Source: Nitrospirota bacterium
Lineage (GTDB): Bacteria; Nitrospirota; Leptospirillia; Leptospirillales; Leptospirillaceae
DNA length: 64,000 nucleotides
Direction of reading: 5' to 3'
NCBI GenBank assembly: GCA_021816465.1
Contig: JAKAYF010000001.1
Coordinates: 14,341-78,340, forward strand
The translations under genes and the position numbers were made by a program. The notes under the pieces were generated by a model that searched no databases, was not told where the DNA came from, and saw only the letters and a list, made by a program, of their open reading frames with translations. The stretch's first letter is position 1. Each line of letters begins with the position of its first letter. Below, one piece after another: positions 38,287-49,321 of the stretch.

Positions 38287-39669
38287 ATGAAGTCTGAAGA
38301 GATGAACCCTGTCGAGAAGAAGGCCCTCATGGGGCTTTCGCTGATTTATGCCACACGTATGTTGGGACTCTTTATTGTTCTCCCTGTTTTGAGCCTGTAT
38401 GCCAAGAAGCTTCCGGGTGCGGATCCTGTCTGGCTCGGGCTTGCCCTGGGTGGATACGGCCTGACCCAGGGAGTCTTGCAGGTTCCATTCGGGGCTCTTT
38501 CCGACCGTATTGGCCGAAAGAAAGTGATTGTCATCGGTCTTCTGATCTTTGCCGCCGGATCGGTTATTGCGGCAATGGCTCAATCCATCGGAGTTCTTCT
38601 GCTCGGGAGACTCCTTCAGGGTTCCGGAGCGGTGGCTTCCGTCATTACGGCCCTGATGGCGGACCTGACCCGGGAAGAGGTCCGGACCAGGGCGATGGCG
38701 GGTATCGGAATGTCAATCGGGCTTGCTTTTGCCGCCGGCATGATCATTGGTCCGGTTGTCTCGGCCCACTACGATGTTTCGGTCCTTTTCTGGATGACTG
38801 CAGTGCTCTCCCTTCTGGCAATCGTGATCCTTTATGTGATTGTTCCCAATCCTCCGGCTCATATGAGAAATCCGATAGGCATTTCGGTCAGGGACCTCGG
38901 GAAAGTCCTTTCCGACGGATCCCTGGTGAGGCTTGATTTTTCCGTTTTCATTCTTCATGCATCTCTCACGGCGGTTTTTGTTGCCTTCCCCATTCTCCTG
39001 TCACGATTTATCCCGGAAAAGGACCTTTGGCACGTCTACCTGCCTGTCATTCTTGCAGGACTTTTTCTGATGGTTCCAGGAATGATCTATGCGGAAAAAA
39101 AGAAGAAGCTCAAGAAAATGTTCTTGTTTTCCATTTCGTTGATTGTCTTGAGCTTCCTTGTTTTTCTCGAAGGGTACCATTCAAAGGCGGGGCTGATTAC
39201 GGGATTGACGATCTTTTTTATTGGTTTCAACCTGCTTGAGCCGATCATGCCATCGATTATGACCCGATTTGCCAAAACGAAAACCCGAGGGACATCCTCG
39301 GGGGTTTTCAGCATGAGCCAGTTTCTGGGGGCTTTCGCCGGAGGGCTTTCCGGAGGAATATTGGTTTCCCTTTCAGAAAAGACCCTTTTCGGAGGTCTTT
39401 TGCTGTTGTCGATCGTCTGGTTTTTTGTGGGCAGGGGGCTGACTGATCCCAACCATCTTGAAATTTTTGAGGAGAACGTTGGAATGCAGCCCGCCGGGAT
39501 CACCCCGTTGCTGAACAGGCTCGGAGAGATGAAAGGTATCGTTGATTGCCGGTATTTTGAGGGAACCGGGGTTCTCTGGGTGAAATATCTCAACTCGACC
39601 ATGACTCGGGAGGAGGTAGCCGGGCATATCGAATCAGCCCGCCATACCATAACTGGTGCAACCGCCTGA
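38287..39669 (+). CDS. MFS transporter, YajR-like, with C-terminal soluble domain
   Basis: RMLGLFIVLPV, G.LSDRIGRK, ADLTREEVRTRAMA. Confidence 0.9.
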   Translation: MKSEEMNPVEKKALMGLSLIYATRMLGLFIVLPVLSLYAKKLPGADPVWLGLALGGYGLTQGVLQVPFGALSDRIGRKKVIVIGLLIFAAGSVIAAMAQSIGVLLLGRLLQGSGAVASVITALMADLTREEVRTRAMAGIGMSIGLAFAAGMIIGPVVSAHYDVSVLFWMTAVLSLLAIVILYVIVPNPPAHMRNPIGISVRDLGKVLSDGSLVRLDFSVFILHASLTAVFVAFPILLSRFIPEKDLWHVYLPVILAGLFLMVPGMIYAEKKKKLKKMFLFSISLIVLSFLVFLEGYHSKAGLITGLTIFFIGFNLLEPIMPSIMTRFAKTKTRGTSSGVFSMSQFLGAFAGGLSGGILVSLSEKTLFGGLLLLSIVWFFVGRGLTDPNHLEIFEENVGMQPAGITPLLNRLGEMKGIVDCRYFEGTGVLWVKYLNSTMTREEVAGHIESARHTITGATA

Positions 39670-40693
39670 CGAGAGATCACTGGATCCGGTCCAGCGGCTC
39701 TACATTGCAATCGGGGTTCTGCTCCTTCTTTTGGGGCTTGGAACAGTCGGCTACATGGAACTTGAAGGCTGGTCCTTCAGTGACGCCCTTTTCATGGCGG
39801 TCATCACCCTGTCGACGGTTGGTTACCAGACGGTCCATCACCTGGATGTCAAGGGTGAATATTTTACAATCATTCTGATCGTTACCGGTGTCGGTACGGT
39901 CGGTTATGCGATCGCCACCCTGAGCGAACTGGTGCTTGAGGGGCATGTCTACAAACTGCTTGGAGGCCGGCGGATGGACCGGAAAATAGCCGGGCTCAGG
40001 GATCATGTCATTGTTTGCGGATATGGAAAGATCGGATCGCTTGTCTCCGATGGCCTTCATGCCCGGAATATCCCGTTTCTGATCATCGAGGAAAACGCAG
40101 CGAATGTTCAGGAGGCCCTTGCCAAGGGTTATCTTGTCCTGAGTGGGAATGCGGCCGATGAGGAAGTTCTGCGGGTTGCCGGGGTAATGAAGGCCCGGTC
40201 TCTTCTGGTGACGCTTACCTCCCGTCCCGCCGAATCAGTGTATGTGACGATGAGTTCCCGTCTTGAAAATCCGGATATGACGATCATTGCGATGGCAACC
40301 GATCCAAAGGCGGAGTCGAAGCTTCTGAGGGCAGGGGCGACAAAGGTCGTTTCTCCGTTTGTCCTGGGGAGCCATCGGATGATCCTTGCCCTGACCCGTC
40401 CGACTCTTCTGGATGTCATCGATATCATTGCCGGAAAAGGAGACAGCGGGCTTGCTCTTGAAGAAATTCCTGTTCCGGTTGGTTCTCCGTTCATCGGGAT
40501 GACCGTTGAGCGATTTTCCCGCCGTCTCATGATCAAAAGCCATGTTGTCGCCATCCTTAAGGCAGGAGAAACGGCCCTGATGCTTCCGAGTGCCGATACG
40601 GTCCTCTCCGGAGGAGACCAGATGGTCATGATCGGAGAAAAGCAGGAACTTGACCGGATAGCGATGGAGCTCTCCGGGCTGGCCCCGATCTGA
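39656..40693 (+). CDS. Potassium channel with RCK (TrkA-N/C) domains
   Basis: TLSTVGY filter, VCGYGKIG, C-terminal TrkA-C. Confidence 0.9.
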   Translation: MQPPDERSLDPVQRLYIAIGVLLLLLGLGTVGYMELEGWSFSDALFMAVITLSTVGYQTVHHLDVKGEYFTIILIVTGVGTVGYAIATLSELVLEGHVYKLLGGRRMDRKIAGLRDHVIVCGYGKIGSLVSDGLHARNIPFLIIEENAANVQEALAKGYLVLSGNAADEEVLRVAGVMKARSLLVTLTSRPAESVYVTMSSRLENPDMTIIAMATDPKAESKLLRAGATKVVSPFVLGSHRMILALTRPTLLDVIDIIAGKGDSGLALEEIPVPVGSPFIGMTVERFSRRLMIKSHVVAILKAGETALMLPSADTVLSGGDQMVMIGEKQELDRIAMELSGLAPI

Positions 40694-40715
40694 TGATCTT
40701 CCAGGGAGAAAACTG

Positions 40716-41957
40716 ATGAATACCTCCAGCATGAAAGGCTCCACAGGCTCCGGCCATTCTTCCTGGGTCGAGCGGGGATCCCGTGTCCTTCTGGGCAATT
40801 ATTCAAGGGAAAACCTTGTTTTTGAAAAAGGCAAGGGAAGTTTCCTCTACGACACAAGAGGGGATGGCTACCTTGATTTTTTGGGGGGGATCGCCATTCA
40901 TATTCTCGGGCATTCCTACCCGTCCATTGTCCATGCCATCCAGAAGCAAGCCCAGCGAGTTACCCATATCTCCAACCTTTATTACAATATTCCGGCGATT
41001 GAGCTTGCGGAGATGCTCGTTGAGAAAACCTTTGCCGACCGGGTCTTTTTCTCCAATTCAGGAACAGAAGCGATTGAGGCAGCGATCAAGCTTGCCCGGC
41101 GTTTCGGGGATTCCCGGGGACGCTTCGAAATCATTTCCATGGAAAACAGTTTTCATGGAAGGACTCTCGGGGCAATGACCCTGACCGGACAGAAGAAAGT
41201 CCGGGAGGGATTTGGTCCCTTGCCCGATGGATTCTCTTATGCGCGCTACAATGACCTTGATGATGTGATTGCAAAAAAAACGGACAGGACGGTGGCTGTC
41301 GTTGTCGAGCCGGTTCAGGGGGAAATCGGCGTTATCCCGGCAACGATGGAATTCATGAAGGATCTCAGACAGTGGACCCATCAGGAAGGAATCCTGTTGA
41401 TCCTAGACGAGATCCAGACAGGAATGGGAAGGACCGGAGCCCTTTTTGCACATGAGTTGTATGGGGTTGTTCCGGATATTCTTGTTGCTTCAAAGGCTCT
41501 TGGGGGAGGGCTTCCTCTGGGAGCACTCCTGACAACCGAATATCTGGCGACATTTCTCCCGCCCGGCTCCCACGGCTCAACCTTTGGTGGCAATCCGGTC
41601 GCCTGCGCCGCCGGCCTGGCCCTTTTGAGAGCCCTTTATGACGAGGACTTTCTGCCTGCAAGGATCAGGGTTATGGCGGAGTATCTCTGGAAAGGACTTT
41701 CCGGGCTTTCTGATCGACATCGGGGGAAGATTCTTGAGATCCGCGGGTTTGGCTTTATGGTGGGGGTGAGGGTTTCAGGCTCTGCAAAACAGATGAAAGA
41801 GCAGTTCCTGGAAAATCATGTCCTTGTCAATGCCACGGGATTGTCTGACGACATTATTCGTCTCTTGCCACCTGTTTCGGTGGGGTATGACGAAATGGAC
41901 CAGTTTTTGGCTGTGTTTGACCGGATTCTTTCTGGATCTCCGGGACTGAAAGGGTAA
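40716..41957 (+). CDS. argD: Acetylornithine aminotransferase
   Basis: NSGTEA, SFHGRT, DEIQTGMGRTG, SKALGGG, HGSTFGGNP. Confidence 0.93.
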   Translation: MNTSSMKGSTGSGHSSWVERGSRVLLGNYSRENLVFEKGKGSFLYDTRGDGYLDFLGGIAIHILGHSYPSIVHAIQKQAQRVTHISNLYYNIPAIELAEMLVEKTFADRVFFSNSGTEAIEAAIKLARRFGDSRGRFEIISMENSFHGRTLGAMTLTGQKKVREGFGPLPDGFSYARYNDLDDVIAKKTDRTVAVVVEPVQGEIGVIPATMEFMKDLRQWTHQEGILLILDEIQTGMGRTGALFAHELYGVVPDILVASKALGGGLPLGALLTTEYLATFLPPGSHGSTFGGNPVACAAGLALLRALYDEDFLPARIRVMAEYLWKGLSGLSDRHRGKILEIRGFGFMVGVRVSGSAKQMKEQFLENHVLVNATGLSDDIIRLLPPVSVGYDEMDQFLAVFDRILSGSPGLKG

Positions 41958-41961
41958 TCTA

Positions 41962-42891
41962 TTGAAAAAAGGGACCAGATCATTTCTCAGGCTTTCTGAT
42001 CTTTCGGAAGAGTCTGCTTCTTATCTCCTCGATTTTTCCGTTCGTATCAAGAAAACCCCGGAACTCTTCGAAAATATGCTCCGGCGCCAGACCGTCGGTC
42101 TGATTTTTGAGAAGGCATCGACAAGGACCCGACTCTCATTTGAAGCCGGAGTCCACCAGATGGGCGGGGATACCCTCTTTCTCGGGAGTGACTCCCAGCT
42201 TTCAAGGGGAGAGTCGGTGGAAGATACCGCCCGTGTTGTTGGAGGCTACCTTGATCTTGTGGTCATGAGAACTTTTGGTCATGACAGGATCGAGCGCTTT
42301 GCCCAGTACTGCCCTGTTCCTGTCATCAATGGCCTTACCGACCAGCATCATCCCTGCCAGGCGCTTTCCGACCTTGCCTATGCAAGGGAGCTTTTTTCCG
42401 AATTGAGGGGGCTTCCCATCACCTATATCGGCGATGGCAACAATATGGCCCACTCCCTGATGGAGGCTGCGGCGCTCTTTGGCTCGAAGATGACGGTGTC
42501 GACCCCCAGGGAGTACCGTCCCGACGAGGAGATTCTCAAGGCGAGCGACACGCGTGCCCGTAAAAACGGCGGTTTTGTCCGATGGATGGAGGATCCTCTG
42601 CTGGCATCGGAAAAAGCCATGGTCCTTTATACGGATGTCTGGACAAGTATGGGGCAGGAAGCGGAAAAGTCCATACGGGAGCTTGAATTCGCAGGCTACC
42701 AGATCAATGAGGCCGTCCTTCATGTCGCCGACCCGAATGCGGTCATCTTTCATTGTCTGCCTGCCTATCGTGGCCTTGAGATTACCGCATCCGCCATTGA
42801 CGGACCACAGTCGAGGGTTTTTCTTCAGGCCCGGTACAGGCTCTATCTGCAGAAAGCTGTCATGCTGTTCTGTTTGGGAAAGGATTGCTAA
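41962..42891 (+). CDS. argF: Ornithine carbamoyltransferase
   Basis: STRTR, HPCQ, GDGNN, DVWTSMG, HCLP. Confidence 0.95.
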   Translation: MKKGTRSFLRLSDLSEESASYLLDFSVRIKKTPELFENMLRRQTVGLIFEKASTRTRLSFEAGVHQMGGDTLFLGSDSQLSRGESVEDTARVVGGYLDLVVMRTFGHDRIERFAQYCPVPVINGLTDQHHPCQALSDLAYARELFSELRGLPITYIGDGNNMAHSLMEAAALFGSKMTVSTPREYRPDEEILKASDTRARKNGGFVRWMEDPLLASEKAMVLYTDVWTSMGQEAEKSIRELEFAGYQINEAVLHVADPNAVIFHCLPAYRGLEITASAIDGPQSRVFLQARYRLYLQKAVMLFCLGKDC

Positions 42892-44117
42892 TGGAAAAAC
42901 AGGCTGGAAACAGTCCGAGGAAGGTGGTTTTAGCCTACTCCGGAGGTCTTGATACGTCGGTTATTATTACCTGGCTCAAGGAGACTTACGGATGTTCCGT
43001 CGTCGCTTTTTGTGCCGATCTGGGGCAGGGAGAGGACCTTGAGGAAATCAGGAAAAAGGCGGAGGCGACCGGCGCCTCGGAGGTTTATGTCCGGGATCTG
43101 AGACAGGAGTTTGTCTCGGACTTTGTTTTTCCGATGATCCAGGCGGGGGCAATCTACGAGGATGGATATCTTTTGGGAACATCGATCGCCAGACCGCTCA
43201 TAGCCAAAGCCCAGATGGAGGTCTGTCGGTTGACGGGGGCCGATGCCGTTGCCCATGGGGCCACCGGGAAAGGGAACGATCAGGTCCGTTTCGAAATGGC
43301 CTATGCCTACTTTGATCCACAGGTGAAGGTCATTGCTCCCTGGCGGGAGTGGACGATGGAGTCCCGCTCCGATTTGATCCACTATGCCAAAAAACATCGC
43401 ATACCCATTCACGCAACTCTTGAAAAGCCTTATTCCATCGACAGGAATCTCCTTCACACAAGCTACGAGGGAGGGATACTCGAGGATCCCTGGGTTGCGC
43501 CGCCGGAGGAAATCTTTTCCCTGACGGTCAATCCCGTCAATGCCCCCGACCAGCCTGCAGAGGTGACTGTTTCTTTCGAAAGGGGCACCCCCATTGCCGT
43601 GAACGGAAAACTTCTCGATCCTGTTGACCTTCTCTCCGAAGTTAACCGGTTGGGCGGAGAGCACGGTATCGGGAGGGTCGACCTTGTCGAGAGCCGTTAT
43701 GTGGGAATGAAGTCAAGGGGGGTCTATGAAACCCCCGGTGGCACGATCCTTCATGCCGCCCACAGGGCGCTCGAGACATTGACGCTCGATCGGGAGCTTT
43801 TGAACCTGAAGGCGTCTCTGGTTCCCCGTATCGCCAACCTTATTTACAATGGCTACTGGTTCAGTCCCGAGAAGGAAGCTTTGTGGGCTCTGGTCAAAAA
43901 ATCCCAGGAACGGGTTACCGGTGATGTCCGCCTTCTTCTTTCCAAGGGCTCGGTCAGGGTCCTTGGACGGCGCTCTCCGTACAGCCTCTATAGAAAAGAT
44001 CTTGCGACCTTCGAAAAAGATGGTGTCTATCGCCAGTCCGATGCCGGTGGTTTCATCAATATTCTTGCCTTGAGACTGAAGCTCTATTCTGATCAGGTCG
44101 GGGGAGGGGAATTTTGA
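42891..44117 (+). CDS. argG: Argininosuccinate synthase
   Basis: [32 protein letters not shown]. Confidence 0.98.
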   Translation: MEKQAGNSPRKVVLAYSGGLDTSVIITWLKETYGCSVVAFCADLGQGEDLEEIRKKAEATGASEVYVRDLRQEFVSDFVFPMIQAGAIYEDGYLLGTSIARPLIAKAQMEVCRLTGADAVAHGATGKGNDQVRFEMAYAYFDPQVKVIAPWREWTMESRSDLIHYAKKHRIPIHATLEKPYSIDRNLLHTSYEGGILEDPWVAPPEEIFSLTVNPVNAPDQPAEVTVSFERGTPIAVNGKLLDPVDLLSEVNRLGGEHGIGRVDLVESRYVGMKSRGVYETPGGTILHAAHRALETLTLDRELLNLKASLVPRIANLIYNGYWFSPEKEALWALVKKSQERVTGDVRLLLSKGSVRVLGRRSPYSLYRKDLATFEKDGVYRQSDAGGFINILALRLKLYSDQVGGGEF

Positions 44118-45520
44118 TGCAAACGGGAGAACCTCTTCCAGAAAAGCCATGGGGGGGCCGATTTTCCGAGGCGACAGACCAGGAGGTTCTGGCTTATACC
44201 GAGTCGATCTCCTTTGACCAGACATTGTGGCGACAGGACATCAGGGGATCCGGGGCCCATGCGAAAATGCTCGTCAAGGTCGGAGTCCTGACGGAAGAAG
44301 AAGGCAACGCCATCCTCCAGGGGCTTTCGGAGATTGCCGGAGAGTTTGAGCGTGGGAGTTTTCCCGTCCGCATCGATCTTGAAGACATCCACATGAATAT
44401 CGAGCGAAGGCTTTTTGAAAAAATCGGAACGCCGGCTCACAAGCTTCATACGGCAAGAAGCCGGAATGATCAGGTGGCACTCGACCTGAGACTTTACGTG
44501 GTGGATGAGACTGCCGCTCTTTCAGTCCTGATCCGGAACCTGATCGAGGTGGTGCTTTCGAAGGCTGAAGAGACGGTGGATCTCCTGATGCCCGGATATA
44601 CGCATCTTCAGCCTGCTCAGCCCATTACCGGCGGATACTACTATCTCTGCCATGCAGAACGGCTTTTGCGGGATCTTGACCGGATGCAGGAGGTTGGACG
44701 GCGGGCTGGGATATCTCCCCTGGGATCCGGAGCGCTTGCCGGGACAACCTTTCCTATCGACCGGACTTACGTTGCGGATCTTCTGGGGCTTTCCGGAATT
44801 ACCGGAAACGGGCTCGATGCTGTTTCCGACAGGGATTTTGCCGCGGATTTCCTTCATGCCCTCTCTCTTTTGATGGTTCATCTCTCCCAGTGGGCAGAGG
44901 AATGGATCCTCTGGTCGACGGTTGAGTTTTCTGTGCTTGAGATTCCGGACCGCTATATGACGGGGTCGAGCATGATGCCCCAGAAAAAAAACCCGGATAT
45001 CCTGGAACTGACCCGTGGGCGTGCGGGACGCGTTCTTGGGGACTATGTCTCCCTCATGACGCTTTTGAAAGGGCTTCCGGGGGGATACAACCGTGACCTG
45101 CAGGAAGACAAGGAGCAGCTTTTTGACGGGGTATCGATAGGAAAACGTGCCGTATCGATGATGACATCCCTTTGCGGAGGGGCCCGGCTGAAGGGGGAAA
45201 AGCTCCGATCCAGGCTGTCCTCGGGAGGACTCCTGGCAACGGATATGGCCGAAGATCTTGTCCGCATGGGTGTTCCCTTCAGGGAGGCCCATGCGATCGT
45301 TGGCAGGATCGTTGCCTATTCGGACAGTCTTGGTCTGTCCCTGTCCGAAATTCCGGATGAAGAACTGGCCCGATTTTATGACGGATTCCCGAAGGAATAT
45401 GCCAAATGTCTGACACCGGAAATGGCTGTTTCCAGAAGGAATCATCCCGGTGGACCGGCCAGGGAGAGGGTCCTTGAACGCATTGGCGCAATCCGTTCCT
45501 TTCTGGCAGGAATGAAATGA
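44117..45520 (+). CDS. argH: Argininosuccinate lyase
   Basis: WGGRF, HTARSRNDQ, GSSMMPQKKNP, YNRDLQEDK. Confidence 0.98.
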   Translation: MQTGEPLPEKPWGGRFSEATDQEVLAYTESISFDQTLWRQDIRGSGAHAKMLVKVGVLTEEEGNAILQGLSEIAGEFERGSFPVRIDLEDIHMNIERRLFEKIGTPAHKLHTARSRNDQVALDLRLYVVDETAALSVLIRNLIEVVLSKAEETVDLLMPGYTHLQPAQPITGGYYYLCHAERLLRDLDRMQEVGRRAGISPLGSGALAGTTFPIDRTYVADLLGLSGITGNGLDAVSDRDFAADFLHALSLLMVHLSQWAEEWILWSTVEFSVLEIPDRYMTGSSMMPQKKNPDILELTRGRAGRVLGDYVSLMTLLKGLPGGYNRDLQEDKEQLFDGVSIGKRAVSMMTSLCGGARLKGEKLRSRLSSGGLLATDMAEDLVRMGVPFREAHAIVGRIVAYSDSLGLSLSEIPDEELARFYDGFPKEYAKCLTPEMAVSRRNHPGGPARERVLERIGAIRSFLAGMK

Positions 45521-45708
45521 TTTCCGGTACAGGATTTTTTGCGCGGTCTTTTGTCGCTCTGGTTATGGCTGTTTTTTTATCCGGGTGCGGAGTGGCCGGG
45601 GTGCCGACACCGCCCGGCTCGACTCCCCCCGAGAAACCTCGGGCCATCGACAATGAGTCCGGTCCGTCGGGTGGACAAAGTCAACCGGCGCAAGGCGATC
45701 ACGGCTGA
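45517..45708 (+). CDS. Small lipoprotein, YifL/LptM-like
   Basis: LSGCG..G...PP; argH-lipoprotein-lysA position. Confidence 0.65.
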   Translation: MISGTGFFARSFVALVMAVFLSGCGVAGVPTPPGSTPPEKPRAIDNESGPSGGQSQPAQGDHG

Positions 45709-45802
45709 CCAGGACGTTTCCCGGGCAAGTGGCAGGGAGATATGCTTTCCTGGTTCCAATGAAGAAACAACAATATCAACCGGATATTTGGGGAGGTTTT
45801 TC

Positions 45803-47047
45803 GTGAAGCAGTTTCATTATGAAAACGGCGAACTCTATGTCGAATCGGTTCCTGTCGGGAAAATCATCAGGGAAGTGGGCTCTCCTGCTTATATCTACAG
45901 CGAACAGGCCATTTTGGAAAGTTATGCTTCCTACCAGGAAGCTTTTGCCTCTCATAAGACGGTCATTGCCTATGCGATGAAGGCCAATGGAAACCTTTCG
46001 ATCCTCTCCCTTCTCGGGAAAAAGGGGTCAGGAGCGGATGTTGTTTCGGGGGGTGAGCTTTTCCGGGCCATGAAGGCCGGTATCCCTCCGGAAAAAATCG
46101 TGTTTGCCGGTGTTGGAAAAACCGAGCGGGAAATGGAGGAGGCTCTTGCGGCGGGGATCCTGATGTTTAATGTCGAATCCTCCATGGAGCTCGACACGCT
46201 GTCGAAGGTGGCTTCCCGGATGGGAGTGTTGGCAAATGTTGCCTTGAGGGTCAATCCGGATGTCGATCCCCAGACCCATCCCTATATTTCTACCGGGCTT
46301 AAGAAAAGCAAATTCGGCGTTCCGGTGAAAGAGGCTCTTGCAGAATATGTCAGGGCATCGAAACTTCCGGGAATCCGTCTGACAGGAATCCATCAGCATA
46401 TCGGTTCCCAACTGACCCAGATTGCCCCGTTCCGGGATTCCTTCACCCGGATGATCGCTTTTTCAGAGGTCCTCAAGGAAAACGGGATCCGGATCTCCTG
46501 GCTGGACGTTGGTGGCGGACTCGGCATCCGATATGATGATGAAACGGTTCCGACACCCGGGGATATCAGCCGGGAGATCCTTTCAAGGGTCAAGGATCCC
46601 TCCCAGGGGATCATTCTGGAGCCCGGAAGATCGATCGTCGGAAACGCCGGGATTCTGGTGACGCAGGTTCTCTATGTCAAGAAGACCGAGGTCAAGACCT
46701 TCTATATCGGAGATGCTGGCATGAACGACCTGATCCGGCCTTCCCTGTACGGGGCCTATCATGATCTCTGGCCCATCCGTGTCCGGGAAGGTGCCCCTGT
46801 TAAGGCCGACCTTGTGGGCCCTGTCTGCGAGACCGGAGACTTCCTGGTCCAGGACAGGGATCTGCCGCCGATTGCGGCGGGCGACCTGGTCTCTGTCATG
46901 AGTGCCGGAGCCTATGGTTTTGCCATGGCATCAAACTATAATGCACGGCCAAGACCGCCAGAGATTCTGGTCAGCGGAAACCACTTTGAAGTGATCCGTC
47001 CACGGGAGAGCTATGAGGATCTGATCCGGTCGGAGTCCGTGCGTTGA
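45803..47047 (+). CDS. lysA: Diaminopimelate decarboxylase
   Basis: YAMKAN, HIGSQ, EPGRS, GPVCETGD, GAYGFAMASNYN; GTG after GGGAGG. Confidence 0.97.
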   Translation: MKQFHYENGELYVESVPVGKIIREVGSPAYIYSEQAILESYASYQEAFASHKTVIAYAMKANGNLSILSLLGKKGSGADVVSGGELFRAMKAGIPPEKIVFAGVGKTEREMEEALAAGILMFNVESSMELDTLSKVASRMGVLANVALRVNPDVDPQTHPYISTGLKKSKFGVPVKEALAEYVRASKLPGIRLTGIHQHIGSQLTQIAPFRDSFTRMIAFSEVLKENGIRISWLDVGGGLGIRYDDETVPTPGDISREILSRVKDPSQGIILEPGRSIVGNAGILVTQVLYVKKTEVKTFYIGDAGMNDLIRPSLYGAYHDLWPIRVREGAPVKADLVGPVCETGDFLVQDRDLPPIAAGDLVSVMSAGAYGFAMASNYNARPRPPEILVSGNHFEVIRPRESYEDLIRSESVR

Positions 47048-47598
47048 GCGAAAAGGAGGAGACTCCCCACCCCGGTCATCATGAAACCCGTTCCGGACAG
47101 GGGGATGAGGCCGGTGCCCAGGCTCATGAAGAGTCTGAAGTCATCTGGCACGATGACGATGACGACGACGATGATGATCCTCCGATGGCGCCGCACCGGA
47201 AGGAAGGGAGAGGCTGTTTCCTGACGCTTCTCATCGTCTCGGCCATTCCCGTGGTCTTTTTTCTGATCACCTTTACAGGGGGGGATTTCCTCACTTACAT
47301 TTACATGAGAAACTGGGTTACGGATCATGCGCTGGTTTCCCGGATGCCGATTCTTTACAAGCCTGATCAGGCAAGGTCGGTGGTGAAAACGCTTGACGCG
47401 TTCTATGATGCCGGACGCAAGGGGAAAATCCCGGCTACCGAGGTGATTTCGGTCAGTTCGGAGTTCAAGGAGCTGCTTTCCTATCCTGGAAGCATCCGTC
47501 CTGAATCCTTGTCGGATCTTGTGAGCCACGCGCGAGCGGTAATGGAGCAATATCATGTGGCCGATCCCGGATTGCCGGTTGGCCCATCGGGAAAATAA
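47044..47598 (+). CDS. Hypothetical membrane protein with acidic poly-Asp N-terminal tract
   Basis: 4-nt overlap with the lysA stop; run of 9 Asp; GRGCF followed by a TM helix. Confidence 0.7.
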   Translation: MSEKEETPHPGHHETRSGQGDEAGAQAHEESEVIWHDDDDDDDDDPPMAPHRKEGRGCFLTLLIVSAIPVVFFLITFTGGDFLTYIYMRNWVTDHALVSRMPILYKPDQARSVVKTLDAFYDAGRKGKIPATEVISVSSEFKELLSYPGSIRPESLSDLVSHARAVMEQYHVADPGLPVGPSGK

Positions 47599-47609
47599 GG
47601 GGGTAGGCG

Positions 47610-48497
47610 TTGTTTAGCGGATCGATGGTAGCGTTGGTGACCCCGTTCAAGTCGGGTAAAATTGATGAGCCGGCGCTCAGAAAACTGGTGGACTTCCATG
47701 TTGCAGAGGGGACGGCGGCGCTTGTTCCCACCGGTACAACGGGAGAATCTGCAACACTTGACCATTCCGAACACGAACGGGTCATTGCGATCTGCGTCGA
47801 GCAGGCGGCAAGGAGAATCAGGGTGTTGGCGGGAACCGGCTCCAACAGTACGCACGAGGCGATCCGTCTGACGAAGTCTGCCATGGCGATCGGAGTCGAC
47901 GGCGCCCTTGTCATTACGCCCTATTACAACCGTCCGACCCAGGAAGGTCTGTTTCGCCACTATGAGGCAGTTGCCGTGGCGGTGGATATCCCGATGGTCA
48001 TCTACAATGTGCCTGTCCGGACAGGGGTCAACATTACGCCACAGACGATCGAACGGCTCTCATCGATTTCCGCCTTTGTCGGAGTGAAGGAAGCCTGTGG
48101 CCAGATGTCGCAGATTATCGAGCTTTTCCACCGGGTTGGCTCGAAAATGGGTATCTATTCGGGAGATGATCTTCTCACGTATCCCGTGATGGCCCTGGGG
48201 GGGGCCGGGGTCATTTCTGTCTCGGCAAACCTTGTTCCCCGCAAGATGGCCGACCTGGTCGAACTCAGTCTCGCAGGAGAATGGGAGAAAGCCAGGGTTG
48301 TTCACGAAGAGCTTGTTCCCCTCCACATGGCGCTGGGGCTTGAGACCAACCCGATCCCGATCAAGACCGCCATGGGGCTTGCCGGTCTTTCTTCTGACGA
48401 GATGAGACTTCCGCTTGTGGCGATGTCTTCGGAAAATCGCCTTGCATTGTCAAAGGTTCTTGACTCCATGGGGCTTCTCAGGAAGGAGTCGAGATGA
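47610..48497 (+). CDS. dapA: 4-hydroxy-tetrahydrodipicolinate synthase
   Basis: ALVTPF, GTTGES, PYYNRP, YNVP.RTG, GVKEA. Confidence 0.97.
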   Translation: MFSGSMVALVTPFKSGKIDEPALRKLVDFHVAEGTAALVPTGTTGESATLDHSEHERVIAICVEQAARRIRVLAGTGSNSTHEAIRLTKSAMAIGVDGALVITPYYNRPTQEGLFRHYEAVAVAVDIPMVIYNVPVRTGVNITPQTIERLSSISAFVGVKEACGQMSQIIELFHRVGSKMGIYSGDDLLTYPVMALGGAGVISVSANLVPRKMADLVELSLAGEWEKARVVHEELVPLHMALGLETNPIPIKTAMGLAGLSSDEMRLPLVAMSSENRLALSKVLDSMGLLRKESR

Positions 48498-49321
48498 GCC
48501 GGAGTCCATCCATGACAGGTGTGGTCATGGTGGGAGCGTCCGGCAGGATGGGGAGGGAGATTCTTCAGGTTCTTTCACGGGAAGACGGGATCTGCCTTGT
48601 TGGGGCGATCGTTGAGAAGGGGGATCCTCTTTCCGGAGGGCCCGCGCCGTTTCATCCGGACGTGACCTGCCGTGGTGAGTTGACCGTCGATGACCTCAGA
48701 AAGGGGCTTCAAAACGGCATGTCCATTGTGGGAATCGACTTCACGAATGTTGAAGGGGCTCTTTCCACGTCCCGGACTTTTTCCGAGGCCGGTGTTCCTC
48801 TCGTGGTCGGGACGACCGGGTTCTCTCCCGCTGAAAAGGAAGAGCTTATGTCCCATGCATCCAGAATTCCCCTTCTTGTCGCACCGAACATGAGCCTGGG
48901 TGTGCACCTGTTGGCCCACCTTGTCCGCCAGGCTGCGAAGGCCCTTCCGGGGTTCGATGCGGAGATTGTCGAGGTCCATCACCAGAAGAAAAAAGATGCG
49001 CCCAGCGGGACGGCCCTGTTTTTGGGAGAGGCGGTCGCCTCGGGAAGAGGTGAAAATCTTGCGGACAGGAGCGTGTGTTCGAGGGAGGGGATCGTGGGTG
49101 AGCGTGTTCCCGGAACCATTGGAATCGTGGCTGTAAGGGGGGGCGATGTGGTGGGAGATCATACCGTCCATTTCCTTGGCATGGGCGAGCGCCTTGAGCT
49201 GACGCACCGGGCAAGCTCAAGGGAGACTTTTGCCAGAGGTGCCGTGGAAGCGGCCAGATGGCTTGCAACGAAGAAGCCCGGCGCCTACAGGATGGAAGAC
49301 GTCCTGGGGATCGGCAGATGA
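48494..49321 (+). CDS. dapB: 4-hydroxy-tetrahydrodipicolinate reductase
   Basis: GASGRMG, GTTG, EVHHQKKKDAPSGTA. Confidence 0.97.
   Translation: MSRSPSMTGVVMVGASGRMGREILQVLSREDGICLVGAIVEKGDPLSGGPAPFHPDVTCRGELTVDDLRKGLQNGMSIVGIDFTNVEGALSTSRTFSEAGVPLVVGTTGFSPAEKEELMSHASRIPLLVAPNMSLGVHLLAHLVRQAAKALPGFDAEIVEVHHQKKKDAPSGTALFLGEAVASGRGENLADRSVCSREGIVGERVPGTIGIVAVRGGDVVGDHTVHFLGMGERLELTHRASSRETFARGAVEAARWLATKKPGAYRMEDVLGIGR

Noticed and set aside
47149-47180. GAC/GAT trinucleotide run as a phase-variable repeat
   Set aside because: Codons are mixed and in frame; it encodes poly-Asp and slippage would not shift the frame.
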